NCBI RefSeq assembly: GCF_900205865.1
Contig: NZ_LT906662.1
Span: forward strand, 1,623,411 to 1,687,410
Reading direction: 5' to 3'
Length of the DNA stretch: 64,000 nt
Source: Thermoanaerobacterium sp. RBIITD
GTDB lineage: Bacteria > Bacillota > Thermoanaerobacteria > Thermoanaerobacterales > Thermoanaerobacteraceae
Position 1 is the first letter of the stretch. Every line of letters starts with the position of its first letter. Of the stretch, positions 49,434 to 58,483 are shown piece after piece. Both the position numbers and the translations under genes were made by a program. Under the pieces are notes generated by a model. The model ran no database searches, was not told the origin of the DNA, and saw only the letters and a program-made list of their open reading frames with translations.

Positions 49434-49589
49434 AGCATAACATTCGGAGATGATAAAAATAATTTTTATGATGTGGAATATTTTTAGAAAAAGTTAGCTT
49501 TTATATAAGTAGAAGGAGAAATACGGAAAATGGAGGTGAAAAAAGATTATGAAATATTCCCCTTAAATATGAGGGAGGATTGGATTTAA
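49434..49589 (+). repeat. leader module copy B, part 2
   Basis: CATAACATTCGGAGATGATAAAAATAATTTTTATGATGTGGAATATTTTTAGAAAAAGTTAGCTTTTATATAAGTAGAAGGAGAAATACGGAAAATGGAGGTGAAAAAAGATTATGAAATATTCCCC... Confidence 0.7.
49530..49589 (+). CDS. conserved leader uORF (MEVKKDYEIFPLNMREDWI); its stop abuts the ATG of 49590
   Basis: An RBS (AAGGAGAAA) lies upstream. Equivalent uORFs occur at 54934..54978 and 58670..58732. Confidence 0.35.
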   Translation: MEVKKDYEIFPLNMREDWI

Positions 49590-50327
49590 ATGAAAAGGTT
49601 AGTATCGCTCATTTTATGCTTATCTTTAGCTTTATCTGTGACAATCGCTTATGCAGATCTTTCTACTAATGAACAATCAATAGGTGAAGTATCAGCTGAG
49701 TCAAAAAAACTTTCTGATCAAAAAATAGTTGAAACGGCAAAGCGGTTAGAAGTGTTAAACAAAAAAGTTTCTAATGGACAAGTAAATCCTATGAGTGATC
49801 CACAAATACCACCAAGCAAAATATTAAGTACTTCCGGATATATTGCACAACCTGATAATAGTACATGTGGACCTACTTCTGCTCATAATCTGCTCTTAAG
49901 CTGGGGTAAAAATATATCTATAGATACACTGAAGAAAGATTTGGGATATAATGGTCAAACTCCTTTTGGAGATGCATGGAAAACGACGCTTAATAATTAT
50001 ACAAATTCAACTTATTATGTAGTTACTTGGAGCCCTAGTCAGACAACAATTTGGAATGCTTTCGTTGGGGACACAATTGATGGACACCCATTTATATTAG
50101 ATACACATATGTCGTCTGAAAATGGTTATCTTGAAGGTTATTCTGGATCAACATGGTGGCATTATGTAACAGGAATTGGATATAGTGGCTATAATTTAAA
50201 TTCAGACAATAGTAAATATGGAATATACTTTGATCCGTATGATGGACGTGTGGGTACTTTTGGCCAGCATTCTTTGGAACTGCCCAAATGGGTAAAATTA
50301 GTATCAGAAAGAGGAATAGTTTGGTGA
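49590..50327 (+). CDS. exported C39-like papain-fold cysteine peptidase
   Basis: Signal peptide (LILCLSLALSVTIAYA), a catalytic-type Cys (DNSTCGPTSAHNLL) and a His (WWHYVTGIGY). Confidence 0.6.
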   Translation: MKRLVSLILCLSLALSVTIAYADLSTNEQSIGEVSAESKKLSDQKIVETAKRLEVLNKKVSNGQVNPMSDPQIPPSKILSTSGYIAQPDNSTCGPTSAHNLLLSWGKNISIDTLKKDLGYNGQTPFGDAWKTTLNNYTNSTYYVVTWSPSQTTIWNAFVGDTIDGHPFILDTHMSSENGYLEGYSGSTWWHYVTGIGYSGYNLNSDNSKYGIYFDPYDGRVGTFGQHSLELPKWVKLVSERGIVW

Positions 50328-50408
50328 TTTCATGGTATTCCTTAAGTGTTTTACTTAAGGAATACCATAATCTATATAGATAAAAGTCACTTTGTCTGGG
50401 AGGCTATT

Positions 50409-51488
50409 ATGAATAAAGTGAAACTATGTTTATTAATCATCGTAATCTTAATAATTGGTGGCTGTAGTATTAATAGTACAAGTACAGACTTAAGCAATGA
50501 GAATATAATTATTGATAAAACAAATGGTAATATACTTGATGAGTTAGAAGCTAAAAAAACCTCATCGATTGAAAATGCACATCCAATAGCTGTGCTTGAT
50601 GATGGCAGAAAAGTGTTTTTGCAGGTTAATCCTGAAGTAGACAACAGTATTTTTGTCACTTCAATCGATGGCTCAATAGTGCTTAAAATTAATGCTGAAA
50701 TTTCTAAAAATATTTATGATGCAAAAGTCATGGGGAATTGGATCGTGTATGTTGAATCCAGCAACGATATGACAAAAAGCGATTGGGCTTTGTATGCCAA
50801 AAATATAGATGACAATCGTCGCATAGAAATTGATAAGGGAAATGTTGTAAATGCAAAAGTAAAAACGCCTACTTTGTTAGGAGCGTTGATATCTGCATCT
50901 AACGACAAAATTGTTTGGACAGCTTTTGAAAAAGATGAGAAATCTGTTAATGCAATTGTCAAATTATACGATATTGAAAACAATACTTATAAAATCGTTG
51001 ATAAATTAAATGTTGAAGACGGAGAATTTGGGCAGCCAGGGTTGGATGGGGATTGGCTTGTATATGATATTGGAAAAATCGATATGAAAGCACTGGCGAG
51101 AAATGGGAAATTGGTCCTTGTAAATCTTAAGAATAACGAGAAAAGAATATTAGATGAAGGATTAAGAGTTAGCGGTGCATCAATTAAATATCCATATGTA
51201 GTATGGAATTCAGGCGATTCTATTCTAAAATTATACAATATAAAGACAAAAGAAGAAAAAACTATTGTAAATTGGGGTATGACAGGCGTTTGGAATAGCT
51301 CACTTAATGATAAGTTTATTTCATGGAATACAAACGGTGATGGTTTATACATTTACTCTATAGAAAGAGGAGAGATATTGAAGTTAAAAGATTCAGGTAT
51401 TACAAGCGGTGGTAATATTTCAGGCAATATACTGTGGTGGTACGTCAAAGGAGAAAAGTGCAAATCAGAGTGGATTACTTTAGATTGA
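50409..51488 (+). CDS. lipoprotein with beta-propeller-like repeats
   Basis: Lipobox IIGGCSI, with repeated W/Y-rich strands (WIVYVES, KIVWTAF, WLVYDIG, YVVWNSGD). An RBS (GGGAGG) lies before MNKVKL. Confidence 0.5.
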   Translation: MNKVKLCLLIIVILIIGGCSINSTSTDLSNENIIIDKTNGNILDELEAKKTSSIENAHPIAVLDDGRKVFLQVNPEVDNSIFVTSIDGSIVLKINAEISKNIYDAKVMGNWIVYVESSNDMTKSDWALYAKNIDDNRRIEIDKGNVVNAKVKTPTLLGALISASNDKIVWTAFEKDEKSVNAIVKLYDIENNTYKIVDKLNVEDGEFGQPGLDGDWLVYDIGKIDMKALARNGKLVLVNLKNNEKRILDEGLRVSGASIKYPYVVWNSGDSILKLYNIKTKEEKTIVNWGMTGVWNSSLNDKFISWNTNGDGLYIYSIERGEILKLKDSGITSGGNISGNILWWYVKGEKCKSEWITLD

Positions 51489-51501
51489 ATGAAATTACTG
51501 A

Positions 51502-51912
51502 ATGCTTTTTAATCATATTGGAGTGAGATTTATGATAAAAATTACTAGTACATGTAAATATATACCTTATAAAATTATGTTTGCGCTTTTTATAATTGTA
51601 ATGCTATTGTCACATCTATCAAATATAGCATCAGCAAATGAAAGTTTTGTTATTTTAGACATCAGCAAAGGAAGTATTGTCATAACTTCTACAGGTTATT
51701 CACAAAATAGCAGCAAAGAAATTCCATATACTATACGAGAATACAGTGGACTTCCGGAGTAGGACACGCTATGGTTATTAAAGGTTATGATACCAGCACG
51801 AATTATGTTATTTATAACGATCCTTGGGATGGATACGGGCATGGCGCAACTTACTCATATTATGTAAGTAACAGTAGCTGGTACTGGACAGATTCTCTAT
51901 TTTGGGAATAGT
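51502..51912 (+). pseudogene. C39-like peptidase remnant (frameshifted)
   Basis: An 86-aa ORF with a signal-like N-terminus is followed, in a different frame, by GHAMVIKGYDTSTNYVIYNDPWDGYGHGATYSYY. This is the conserved C-terminal His region of C39-like peptidases. Confidence 0.4.
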
Positions 51913-51934
51913 ATGAATGAGGAGGTGAATTATT

Positions 51935-52798
51935 TTGAAAAAGGTTCTTACTTTTGTTGTGATTGCTATATTGATATTAATATCAACTTTTCCGGCTTTT
52001 GCAGCTACTCCAATAAATACTCTGGTTCAACAACAATTAGATCTAGCTAAAGAAAAAGATCAGGTAGAACGTGCAATTAGCGATAGCCAGTCAAATCCTA
52101 AAAAATTTTTATTCGATAACAAACATGAGCTGGGACGTAAAGAGTTAATGGATGTAAGTAATCCTGACGATTTAATATACGGGAAAGCATATAAAGTGTA
52201 TATTGCTAATAAAGAAGTTATTCAAGATCTAATAGAAGGGAAAAATATTTCTAATGTTCTGTTAAATGCACCTTATGAGTGGGAAGTGCCTGTAAAATTT
52301 AATAATAAAAGTGTAGCGTCAATTACCGTATCTTTTTTGGACAATAGATGGAATGTTGGTGAAATTGGCGGCTATCTTTCGCCTAATTCTATTGATTTTG
52401 TAAGCAATCCTGATGATATAACTTCATATCTTGATAACAATAATTTAAAAGAAGCAAAAACATTTATTCATTTCAGAATACCTTCGTTGCATTCCGATTT
52501 TCTTTATATTGAAGCAAATAGTGGAGAATATTTTATCCCTGTTATTCACGGCGAAGGTAAAAGTGAGCTTTATGGTCTTAAAGACAAAAAAATATATACA
52601 AAAGACGAGATAATTTCCGCTGTTGGTCATACTCTTAAAGCTGGTTTGAAAGATACGGGAATGACAACAGGCCGCCCGTCGGTTAATGGGAAATATCTTG
52701 GCAATCAAGTATACTATTTAATTGTATTGACAATTTTTATTGCCTTTATAACAATTTTTCACTTTATTAGATTGAAACGAAAATACAGTTATAAGTAA
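51935..52798 (+). CDS. exported protein with C-terminal membrane anchor (hypothetical)
   Basis: Signal peptide (VIAILILISTFPAFAATP) and a C-terminal TM helix followed by a basic tail (LKRKYSYK). It has a TTG start with an RBS (GAGGAGGTG). Confidence 0.5.
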   Translation: MKKVLTFVVIAILILISTFPAFAATPINTLVQQQLDLAKEKDQVERAISDSQSNPKKFLFDNKHELGRKELMDVSNPDDLIYGKAYKVYIANKEVIQDLIEGKNISNVLLNAPYEWEVPVKFNNKSVASITVSFLDNRWNVGEIGGYLSPNSIDFVSNPDDITSYLDNNNLKEAKTFIHFRIPSLHSDFLYIEANSGEYFIPVIHGEGKSELYGLKDKKIYTKDEIISAVGHTLKAGLKDTGMTTGRPSVNGKYLGNQVYYLIVLTIFIAFITIFHFIRLKRKYSYK

Positions 52799-52944
52799 AT
52801 AAGCGAATCTAAGGTGGAATATTAAAATTCTATGTTAGACACCCATCAAAAATAGTTGGTGTCTTTTATTTTTTATTTTGCATAGGCAATCAGGATGTAA
52901 GTGTTTATCTGATAAGTTAAGGGACCAATAAAATTTTTCTGCCA

Positions 52945-53000
52945 ATTATGTTACAAGATTGTAATAAAAAATTAAGGAATAATTAATAAAATTTATGATT
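52945..53000 (+). repeat. leader module copy C, part 1, interrupted by an IS
   Basis: ATTATGTTACAAGATTGTAATAAAAAATTAAGGAATAATTAATAAAATTTATGATT, then the IS begins. Confidence 0.65.
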
Positions 53001-54782
53001 TGATTCAAGTGTCATAAGAAGCATTTTTTTAAGCTGCTAATGATAACTTTGCTTGATTTTTACCTGATTTTGTAAGAATAAATTTGATTTTGATATTTTT
53101 ATACAAAGTTGCAGCCATCTCCGCTGCCATTTTCAGTATTTTTTTTGCATTTATGGCTCCTATTTTGAATGAAAACCAGATTTTTGAGCGCACTAATCCC
53201 CTTACAGGTATCACATCTACATAATATTTGCGCCTTAGTATTGATGGAATACCCTCCACTCCATTTCTTATCTTTTGAAGTACACTGTATTCTTCTGTTG
53301 ACATCTTTTTCAAATAGCTTGCTCTTTGTATTGTTTTTGCTGTTATCAGTACATATGCCGATTTCTTTTGTAGCTTCGCTCCACATTTTTCTCTTAGTGG
53401 ACAATGTTCACATGTTTTTTTATTGAAGGATGCTCTATATAATCCTGTTTTTTCATAGTATCTTGTTTTGTATGGTTTTTCTCCTCTTGGGCATTTGATT
53501 ATTTCATGGGTCGTTTCATCTAATTCAAATTCGCTTTGTATTTCATCTGGCAATTTCCCTATAAGAGCTGTTGTTATTAGTTCGATATTGTTTTTATCTG
53601 CAAGTTCTATGTTTTCAATGCTGCTGTAAGCTCCATCTGCTATTATTGTTATTTCTTTTTCTTGTTTCCCTAGCTTTTCTATTGTTTCTTTGCAAAAGCT
53701 GCTATCGCTGTGTGTGTTTACATCATAGTCATAGCTGGTTATTATGGAGCCTTTTTCGTCTATTGTTTCTACTATGTTAGCTACATAGCCTTTATGGTCT
53801 TTTCCTGCTTTTTTGCGATATGTTGCATCTGGGTCGCTTGGGTTTTGAAGACTATCAGGGCTTATTTTTTCTTTTTCTACTGGTACTATCTTGCCTTCTT
53901 CTGTTATTTCTGTTTGTTCTTTTAGTACACGCTGTAATAGCTGATATTCTGGTAATTCAGCGTATGCTTCTCCTAATTCTTTTATTAGTGTATAGGCATC
54001 TTCAATTATTTCTTGAAGTCTTTTTGTTATTTCTTCGTTTTTTCTATGATAGATTGTTTTGTTTCTGTCGTCTTCATCTAGGTAGTGTTCCATGTTTTTG
54101 AGGTGTTGATATTCTCCTGTTTTGTATACTGCCTTGACCATATTTGCTACGCATGTGTATAGTATTTCTAATCTGGACATTTTTTTGCAACTGGATGATA
54201 CCATAATGCTGTCCATTCTTTTTACTGATGGATTTATATTAAAGTATTTTACAAATACGTTTGCCATGGCTTCCATTTCTTCATGAAGAAGGTCTCTTCC
54301 TGTTTCTAGATTGTAAAGATATAGCCTTTCACGAAAACGGCTAAAAGTCCTATCACTGAAAGGTTGACTTTTGAAGCTTGTAGTGTGAAGGGCGTATTGG
54401 AAACGGACATCACATAGGATGCTTGCTAATAGTTCGTCATCTGTGAGATTAAACATTTCTTTTAGTATTAGGGCTCCAATTATTGCGTTTACAGGACTGT
54501 TTGGACGAGAAGCGGGATTGTCACTGTACAATACGGAAAAGCGTTTCTCATTGATTGCTGGAAATATGATTTCAGCAAAGCCTTTTGCCCATGAATTTAA
54601 AACAAACGTTTTTGTTCTTTCATCCAAGTTTAAGAATCTATCATCAATTGTGATTTGTTGATATTCGTTTGGTTTGAATGCCATGGCTATGTATCGCTCC
54701 TTCTATTTCCTTTTGTTTGTATTTCTATTTTACCATATTTTTAGTTTATCATGAAGGAAAAATACTTTTGACACCTTAATCA
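53001..54782 (-). mobile_element. IS1182-family (IS5/IS1182) insertion sequence, about 1.78 kb, with imperfect terminal inverted repeats of about 25 bp and a TGATT direct-repeat flank
   Basis: Left end TGATTCAAGTGTCATAAGAAGCATTTTT and the reverse complement of the right end, TGATTAAGGTGTCAAAAGTATTTTT. TGATT is present at 52996-53000 and at 54783-54787. Confidence 0.7.
53029..54684 (-). CDS. IS1182-family transposase
   Basis: 551 aa with the N-terminal conserved region NPASRPNSPVNAIIGALILKEMFNLTDDEL. A DDE region and a C-terminal Cys-rich segment (CPRGEK...CEHCPLREKC) follow. Confidence 0.85.
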   Translation of the reverse strand: MAFKPNEYQQITIDDRFLNLDERTKTFVLNSWAKGFAEIIFPAINEKRFSVLYSDNPASRPNSPVNAIIGALILKEMFNLTDDELLASILCDVRFQYALHTTSFKSQPFSDRTFSRFRERLYLYNLETGRDLLHEEMEAMANVFVKYFNINPSVKRMDSIMVSSSCKKMSRLEILYTCVANMVKAVYKTGEYQHLKNMEHYLDEDDRNKTIYHRKNEEITKRLQEIIEDAYTLIKELGEAYAELPEYQLLQRVLKEQTEITEEGKIVPVEKEKISPDSLQNPSDPDATYRKKAGKDHKGYVANIVETIDEKGSIITSYDYDVNTHSDSSFCKETIEKLGKQEKEITIIADGAYSSIENIELADKNNIELITTALIGKLPDEIQSEFELDETTHEIIKCPRGEKPYKTRYYEKTGLYRASFNKKTCEHCPLREKCGAKLQKKSAYVLITAKTIQRASYLKKMSTEEYSVLQKIRNGVEGIPSILRRKYYVDVIPVRGLVRSKIWFSFKIGAINAKKILKMAAEMAATLYKNIKIKFILTKSGKNQAKLSLAA

Positions 54783-54995
54783 TGATTTTTAATTTTATAA
54801 TATTAGGTGAGGCAGGTATGTATAAAGTATAAAATGAAGCATAACATTCGTAAATGATAAAAATAATTTTTATGATGTGGAATATTTTTAGAAAAAATTA
54901 GCTTTTATATAAGTAGAAGGGGAAATACGGAAAATGGAGGTGAGGAAAGAGATTATGAAATATTCCCCTAAAATATGAGAGAGGGAAATAAGATT
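54783..54995 (+). repeat. leader module copy C, part 2 (resumes after the IS)
   Basis: ATGATTTTTAATTTTATAATATTAGGTGAGGCAGGTATGTATAAAGTATAAAATGAAGCATAACATTCGTAAATGATAAAAAT... The uORF MEVRKEIMKYSPKI lies at 54934..54978. Confidence 0.65.
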
Positions 54996-56096
54996 ATGAA
55001 AAAGATTTTCTCAATTTTTATTTTAATGATACTCTTTATATGTGGGGCAGTTATTAATGTAAATGCATACACAAATAACGAAAATATGAACAGTAAAGAA
55101 ATCACTAATATAATTACAGAAGCATATCAATATAGGACAAAATCAATAGTTGATCCGTCTTATATAGATAAATTGGAGTTGTTTTATGCAAAATATACAA
55201 AAATTTATAATTTCGAAAAGAATAGATATAAAAATTATATTGAGATGGCAGATAGACTGAATATAAAAATATTAAACATTAAATCCAATGTAGAAATTAG
55301 TAATATTAAGTTAAAAAACAATGATGAATGTCAAGTTGATTTAAAAGAGATTATAAGTTTTGACTGGATAAATTCAAATGATGATCCAATTAATTCTAAG
55401 ACTAACAAATCTGATATGGGTATTGATCATAAAGTTACATTAATTAAGAAAGATAATGAATGGAAAATACAAAAAGATGAATATACTGAAGGATATTTAA
55501 CAAATGTTACTTCTCCGGATTTTGATGTTTCACAATTAAAATCACTGAGTGTACCTGAAATAACGCATGATAATGTAGTTCCATATTCACCACCAGGATC
55601 AACTCCTTATAATAGAAATGCAGCTGCTAACTATGCAGAAAATTATTGTTTGAAATATAATCCTAGTTATAAAAGCTATGATTCAGTTGGTGGTGACTGT
55701 GCAAATTTTGTTTCTCAGTGCTTATATGCTGGTGGGGCCTATTATATTGGATTTGGGATTAATAGTAGTACAAACTGGTGGTATGATAATAAAAATACTT
55801 CTTTAACTACAGATGATGTTGCATCTACTACATGGACATATTGTCCTTCTCAAAGACCTTTTATACTATCAGGGTGGGGTAGTGAAACAACTTCATCAAG
55901 TTTATCAAGAGGAGACATTATATATTATGATTGGGCTGGAGATGGTATATGGGATCACGTTGCTATAGTAACAGGCTTTGATAGTTCTGGCGCTCCCCTT
56001 GTTAGCTGTCATACTACCGATTATCACAATATAAAATGGAATTATGGTGGAAGTTCTTGCAAATATAGTTGCATACACATTAATAATTATATTTAA
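54996..56096 (+). CDS. exported Amidase_6-like putative cell-wall hydrolase
   Basis: Signal peptide (IFILMILFICGAVINVNA). The C-terminal domain has Cys (GGDCANFVSQCLYAGG) and His (GIWDHVAIVTGFD) residues typical of the putative-amidase (PF12671-like) family. Confidence 0.55.
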   Translation: MKKIFSIFILMILFICGAVINVNAYTNNENMNSKEITNIITEAYQYRTKSIVDPSYIDKLELFYAKYTKIYNFEKNRYKNYIEMADRLNIKILNIKSNVEISNIKLKNNDECQVDLKEIISFDWINSNDDPINSKTNKSDMGIDHKVTLIKKDNEWKIQKDEYTEGYLTNVTSPDFDVSQLKSLSVPEITHDNVVPYSPPGSTPYNRNAAANYAENYCLKYNPSYKSYDSVGGDCANFVSQCLYAGGAYYIGFGINSSTNWWYDNKNTSLTTDDVASTTWTYCPSQRPFILSGWGSETTSSSLSRGDIIYYDWAGDGIWDHVAIVTGFDSSGAPLVSCHTTDYHNIKWNYGGSSCKYSCIHINNYI

Positions 56097-56200
56097 TATG
56101 TTAATGTGTTGCATTGATTTTAACCCTTATAAATATAAGGCAATTTTTATGTACTCTTATATTTAAAATTGAATTCAAATTGTAAATTTATATCTGATTT

Positions 56201-56245
56201 CTGCATACTCTAAATAACATAGTAAAGAGTATGCAGTGTTTTTTA
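56201..56245 (+). terminator. rho-independent terminator
   Basis: CTGCATACTCT...AGAGTATGCAG followed by TGTTTTTT. Confidence 0.6.
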
Positions 56246-56272
56246 AACAATTTTCAATGGAGGTGATCGGTA

Positions 56273-56833
56273 GTGGTATTATTTAAAAAAATTGTTTTGT
56301 GTTTTTTGATATTTTTTGCCTTTATTGTGGTCGGATGTTCGGTTCCAAATAACAACATTGCCATTAAAGAAAAGGGAAATAATTCAATAGCACAGAAGTA
56401 TTTCAATATGCTGACGAAGGAAGATATAATTAGAATTTCAAAGGCGTCTCCGGAAGAAATAATAAACATCTATTATAATAGCATAAATGATAAAAATTAT
56501 AATCTCGCCGTTGTTTGTGCTTCCAATTTTTTAAATAATGCAGCAAATAAATCATCTGAAGATATTAGTTATGTGTATAATGAACATATAGAGTATTTGA
56601 AAAATATAAAAAGTATTGATATCAAATCAATAGAAATATATCCAGATACGATAAAAAAGAATGACAGCGAAAATATAGAAAAACCTTCTAAGCTTTACTG
56701 TGTTTATTATATGCAAAAATCGAATGATATTAACAAATTTCCTGAAGAGGGGTACTTCACCAGATTTATTGCAGTTTCTAAGTCACCTTTATATGGTGGT
56801 TGGTGTATAAGTTATATTGCTTCATCACCATAA
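56273..56833 (+). CDS. lipoprotein (hypothetical)
   Basis: Lipobox FIVVGCSV with a GTG start after an RBS (GGAGGTGA). Confidence 0.5.
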   Translation: MVLFKKIVLCFLIFFAFIVVGCSVPNNNIAIKEKGNNSIAQKYFNMLTKEDIIRISKASPEEIINIYYNSINDKNYNLAVVCASNFLNNAANKSSEDISYVYNEHIEYLKNIKSIDIKSIEIYPDTIKKNDSENIEKPSKLYCVYYMQKSNDINKFPEEGYFTRFIAVSKSPLYGGWCISYIASSP

Positions 56834-56872
56834 ATTTTTTTTAAGAAAAGCTATATAGGGGAGGTAGATAAT

Positions 56873-57979
56873 GTGATTAAATCGTTTAAAACTTTATTAG
56901 CTGTTGTATTTTTATTACTTATGTCTGTTGTATTCTCTGGCTGTTCTGACACAGTGAAAAATAATACTGAAGTGCCATTTGTTGTCTTAAATAATGATGA
57001 TGGAAACTTTAAGGCAGATATATATTACTGGAATATAAAAACTAATAAAATAAAAGAAACAAATGAAAATTTATATAAGATTCCACAAAATATAATAACA
57101 AATAAAGAATTATATACGATATTCCCTATGGCTTGGGATGAACAGAATCATGCAGTTTTGCCTTCTTATTTAGAAGTATCAGATAAATTCAAAAACTTTG
57201 TTAAAAAAGCGGATTTTTATTTTCAACCAAAGACGATATGGGGGCAAGACGTAAAGTTGGTAAAAAGCGATGAAGAAAATAGATATAAGTTAACATTAAT
57301 AGATGGCGGTAAGACTGAGGAGAAAGAAATAACAATTCCTCTTCATACTTTTAAAGGTGAAGATGGTAAAGGGTATGAAGCAACAAAATGCGGAACAGTA
57401 ACATCGGTAGTTAAGACAAGTTATGGTGCAGCAATGCTCTATCCTTGCTTCACATTAGGTGGCGGAAAATTATTCATTGTAAAGTATGATAACGCATCAG
57501 AAAGTATCAAATGGCAAGAAGTTGGACCTATTAAAGGTATAGAGTTATCACCTAGCTTTCCGCCATTGGCTAATCATACAGCTACTATCGGAGATAATTT
57601 TATCATAAGAACGCAGACTAATCCTATAGAAGTGTATACCGAAAAAGTAGGTTATAAGATTATAAATAACATATATGATCTTCGGAAGAAATACGCACCT
57701 GAAACATTAAATAGTGAATTTCCTGAATATATAGATATTTTAGGAAGCTATAATGATATTTTGTTTTTAAGTATACCAGTGCATAAAAATGAAGGGACAG
57801 AATTGTATATATTTGCTGTGAAGGATGATAAACTTATAGGGATTATGCACAGAACGATAAATGATATTGAAATAATTGATGCGGCAGGAAATGTTGCATC
57901 AAAATATAATATGCCTAAAGCGAAAACTTTAATTGGCGAAAATGATGTCTATTTTCCAAATGTGAACGGCATGGATTGA
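56873..57979 (+). CDS. lipoprotein (hypothetical)
   Basis: Lipobox VVFSGCSD with an RBS (GGGGAGG). Confidence 0.5.
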   Translation: MIKSFKTLLAVVFLLLMSVVFSGCSDTVKNNTEVPFVVLNNDDGNFKADIYYWNIKTNKIKETNENLYKIPQNIITNKELYTIFPMAWDEQNHAVLPSYLEVSDKFKNFVKKADFYFQPKTIWGQDVKLVKSDEENRYKLTLIDGGKTEEKEITIPLHTFKGEDGKGYEATKCGTVTSVVKTSYGAAMLYPCFTLGGGKLFIVKYDNASESIKWQEVGPIKGIELSPSFPPLANHTATIGDNFIIRTQTNPIEVYTEKVGYKIINNIYDLRKKYAPETLNSEFPEYIDILGSYNDILFLSIPVHKNEGTELYIFAVKDDKLIGIMHRTINDIEIIDAAGNVASKYNMPKAKTLIGENDVYFPNVNGMD

Positions 57980-58105
57980 TTAATAGATTAAATGTTGAAG
58001 ACGGAGAATTCGGACAGCCAGGGTTGGATGGGGATTGGATTGTATATGATATTGGGAATACTTTCATATACACACATATATTTATTCCATAAAAAGGTGA
58101 TATTT

Positions 58106-58441
58106 ATGATATCAAAAAAATGGATAATGACAATGCTACTTATTTTGGCTCTCGCAGGATGTTCAAATCTAGAAAAACAAGGAGATGTGGTTGGTGGAAT
58201 ATCTGATAATGAAGCTTTGAAAGTGGCTAAAGAAAAAGCAAAAATTACTAAAGTAGAATCAAAAGAGCTTAAAAATTTAGAAGTTGATCTGGACAAATTT
58301 TTTGATGATCCAAAACTTATGGGAAAATCTCCTTGCCCCGTTTATTGGATAATAAAAGGTGTTGATAAAGAAGGGAAATCCTTAACTGTATATGTGAATT
58401 ATAAAAAATCCAGCATTTATTATGTTAAAAATGAAAGATAG
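58106..58441 (+). CDS. small lipoprotein, paralog of 48355..48690
   Basis: Lipobox LILALAGCSN. The whole 58020-58570 block duplicates 48290-48830. Confidence 0.55.
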   Translation: MISKKWIMTMLLILALAGCSNLEKQGDVVGGISDNEALKVAKEKAKITKVESKELKNLEVDLDKFFDDPKLMGKSPCPVYWIIKGVDKEGKSLTVYVNYKKSSIYYVKNER

Positions 58442-58457
58442 TCTAATTGTTGAATTT

Positions 58458-58483
58458 GTCATGGCATTTGCCATGCTTTTTTT
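58458..58483 (+). terminator. rho-independent terminator (duplicate of 48708-48733)
   Basis: CATGGCATTTGCCATG followed by TTTTTTT. Confidence 0.6.

Noticed and set aside
49434-49589. Assignment of leader part 2 as an ECF-sigma-dependent promoter
   Set aside because: A GGAAT motif is present about 16 nt upstream of a T-rich stretch, but there is no recognisable CGTC-type -10 element. The sequence alone does not support naming the sigma dependence.
53099-54101. Several 69-101-aa ORFs on both strands inside the transposase gene
   Set aside because: They are Leu/Phe/Cys-rich shadow frames fully contained within the 551-aa transposase ORF.
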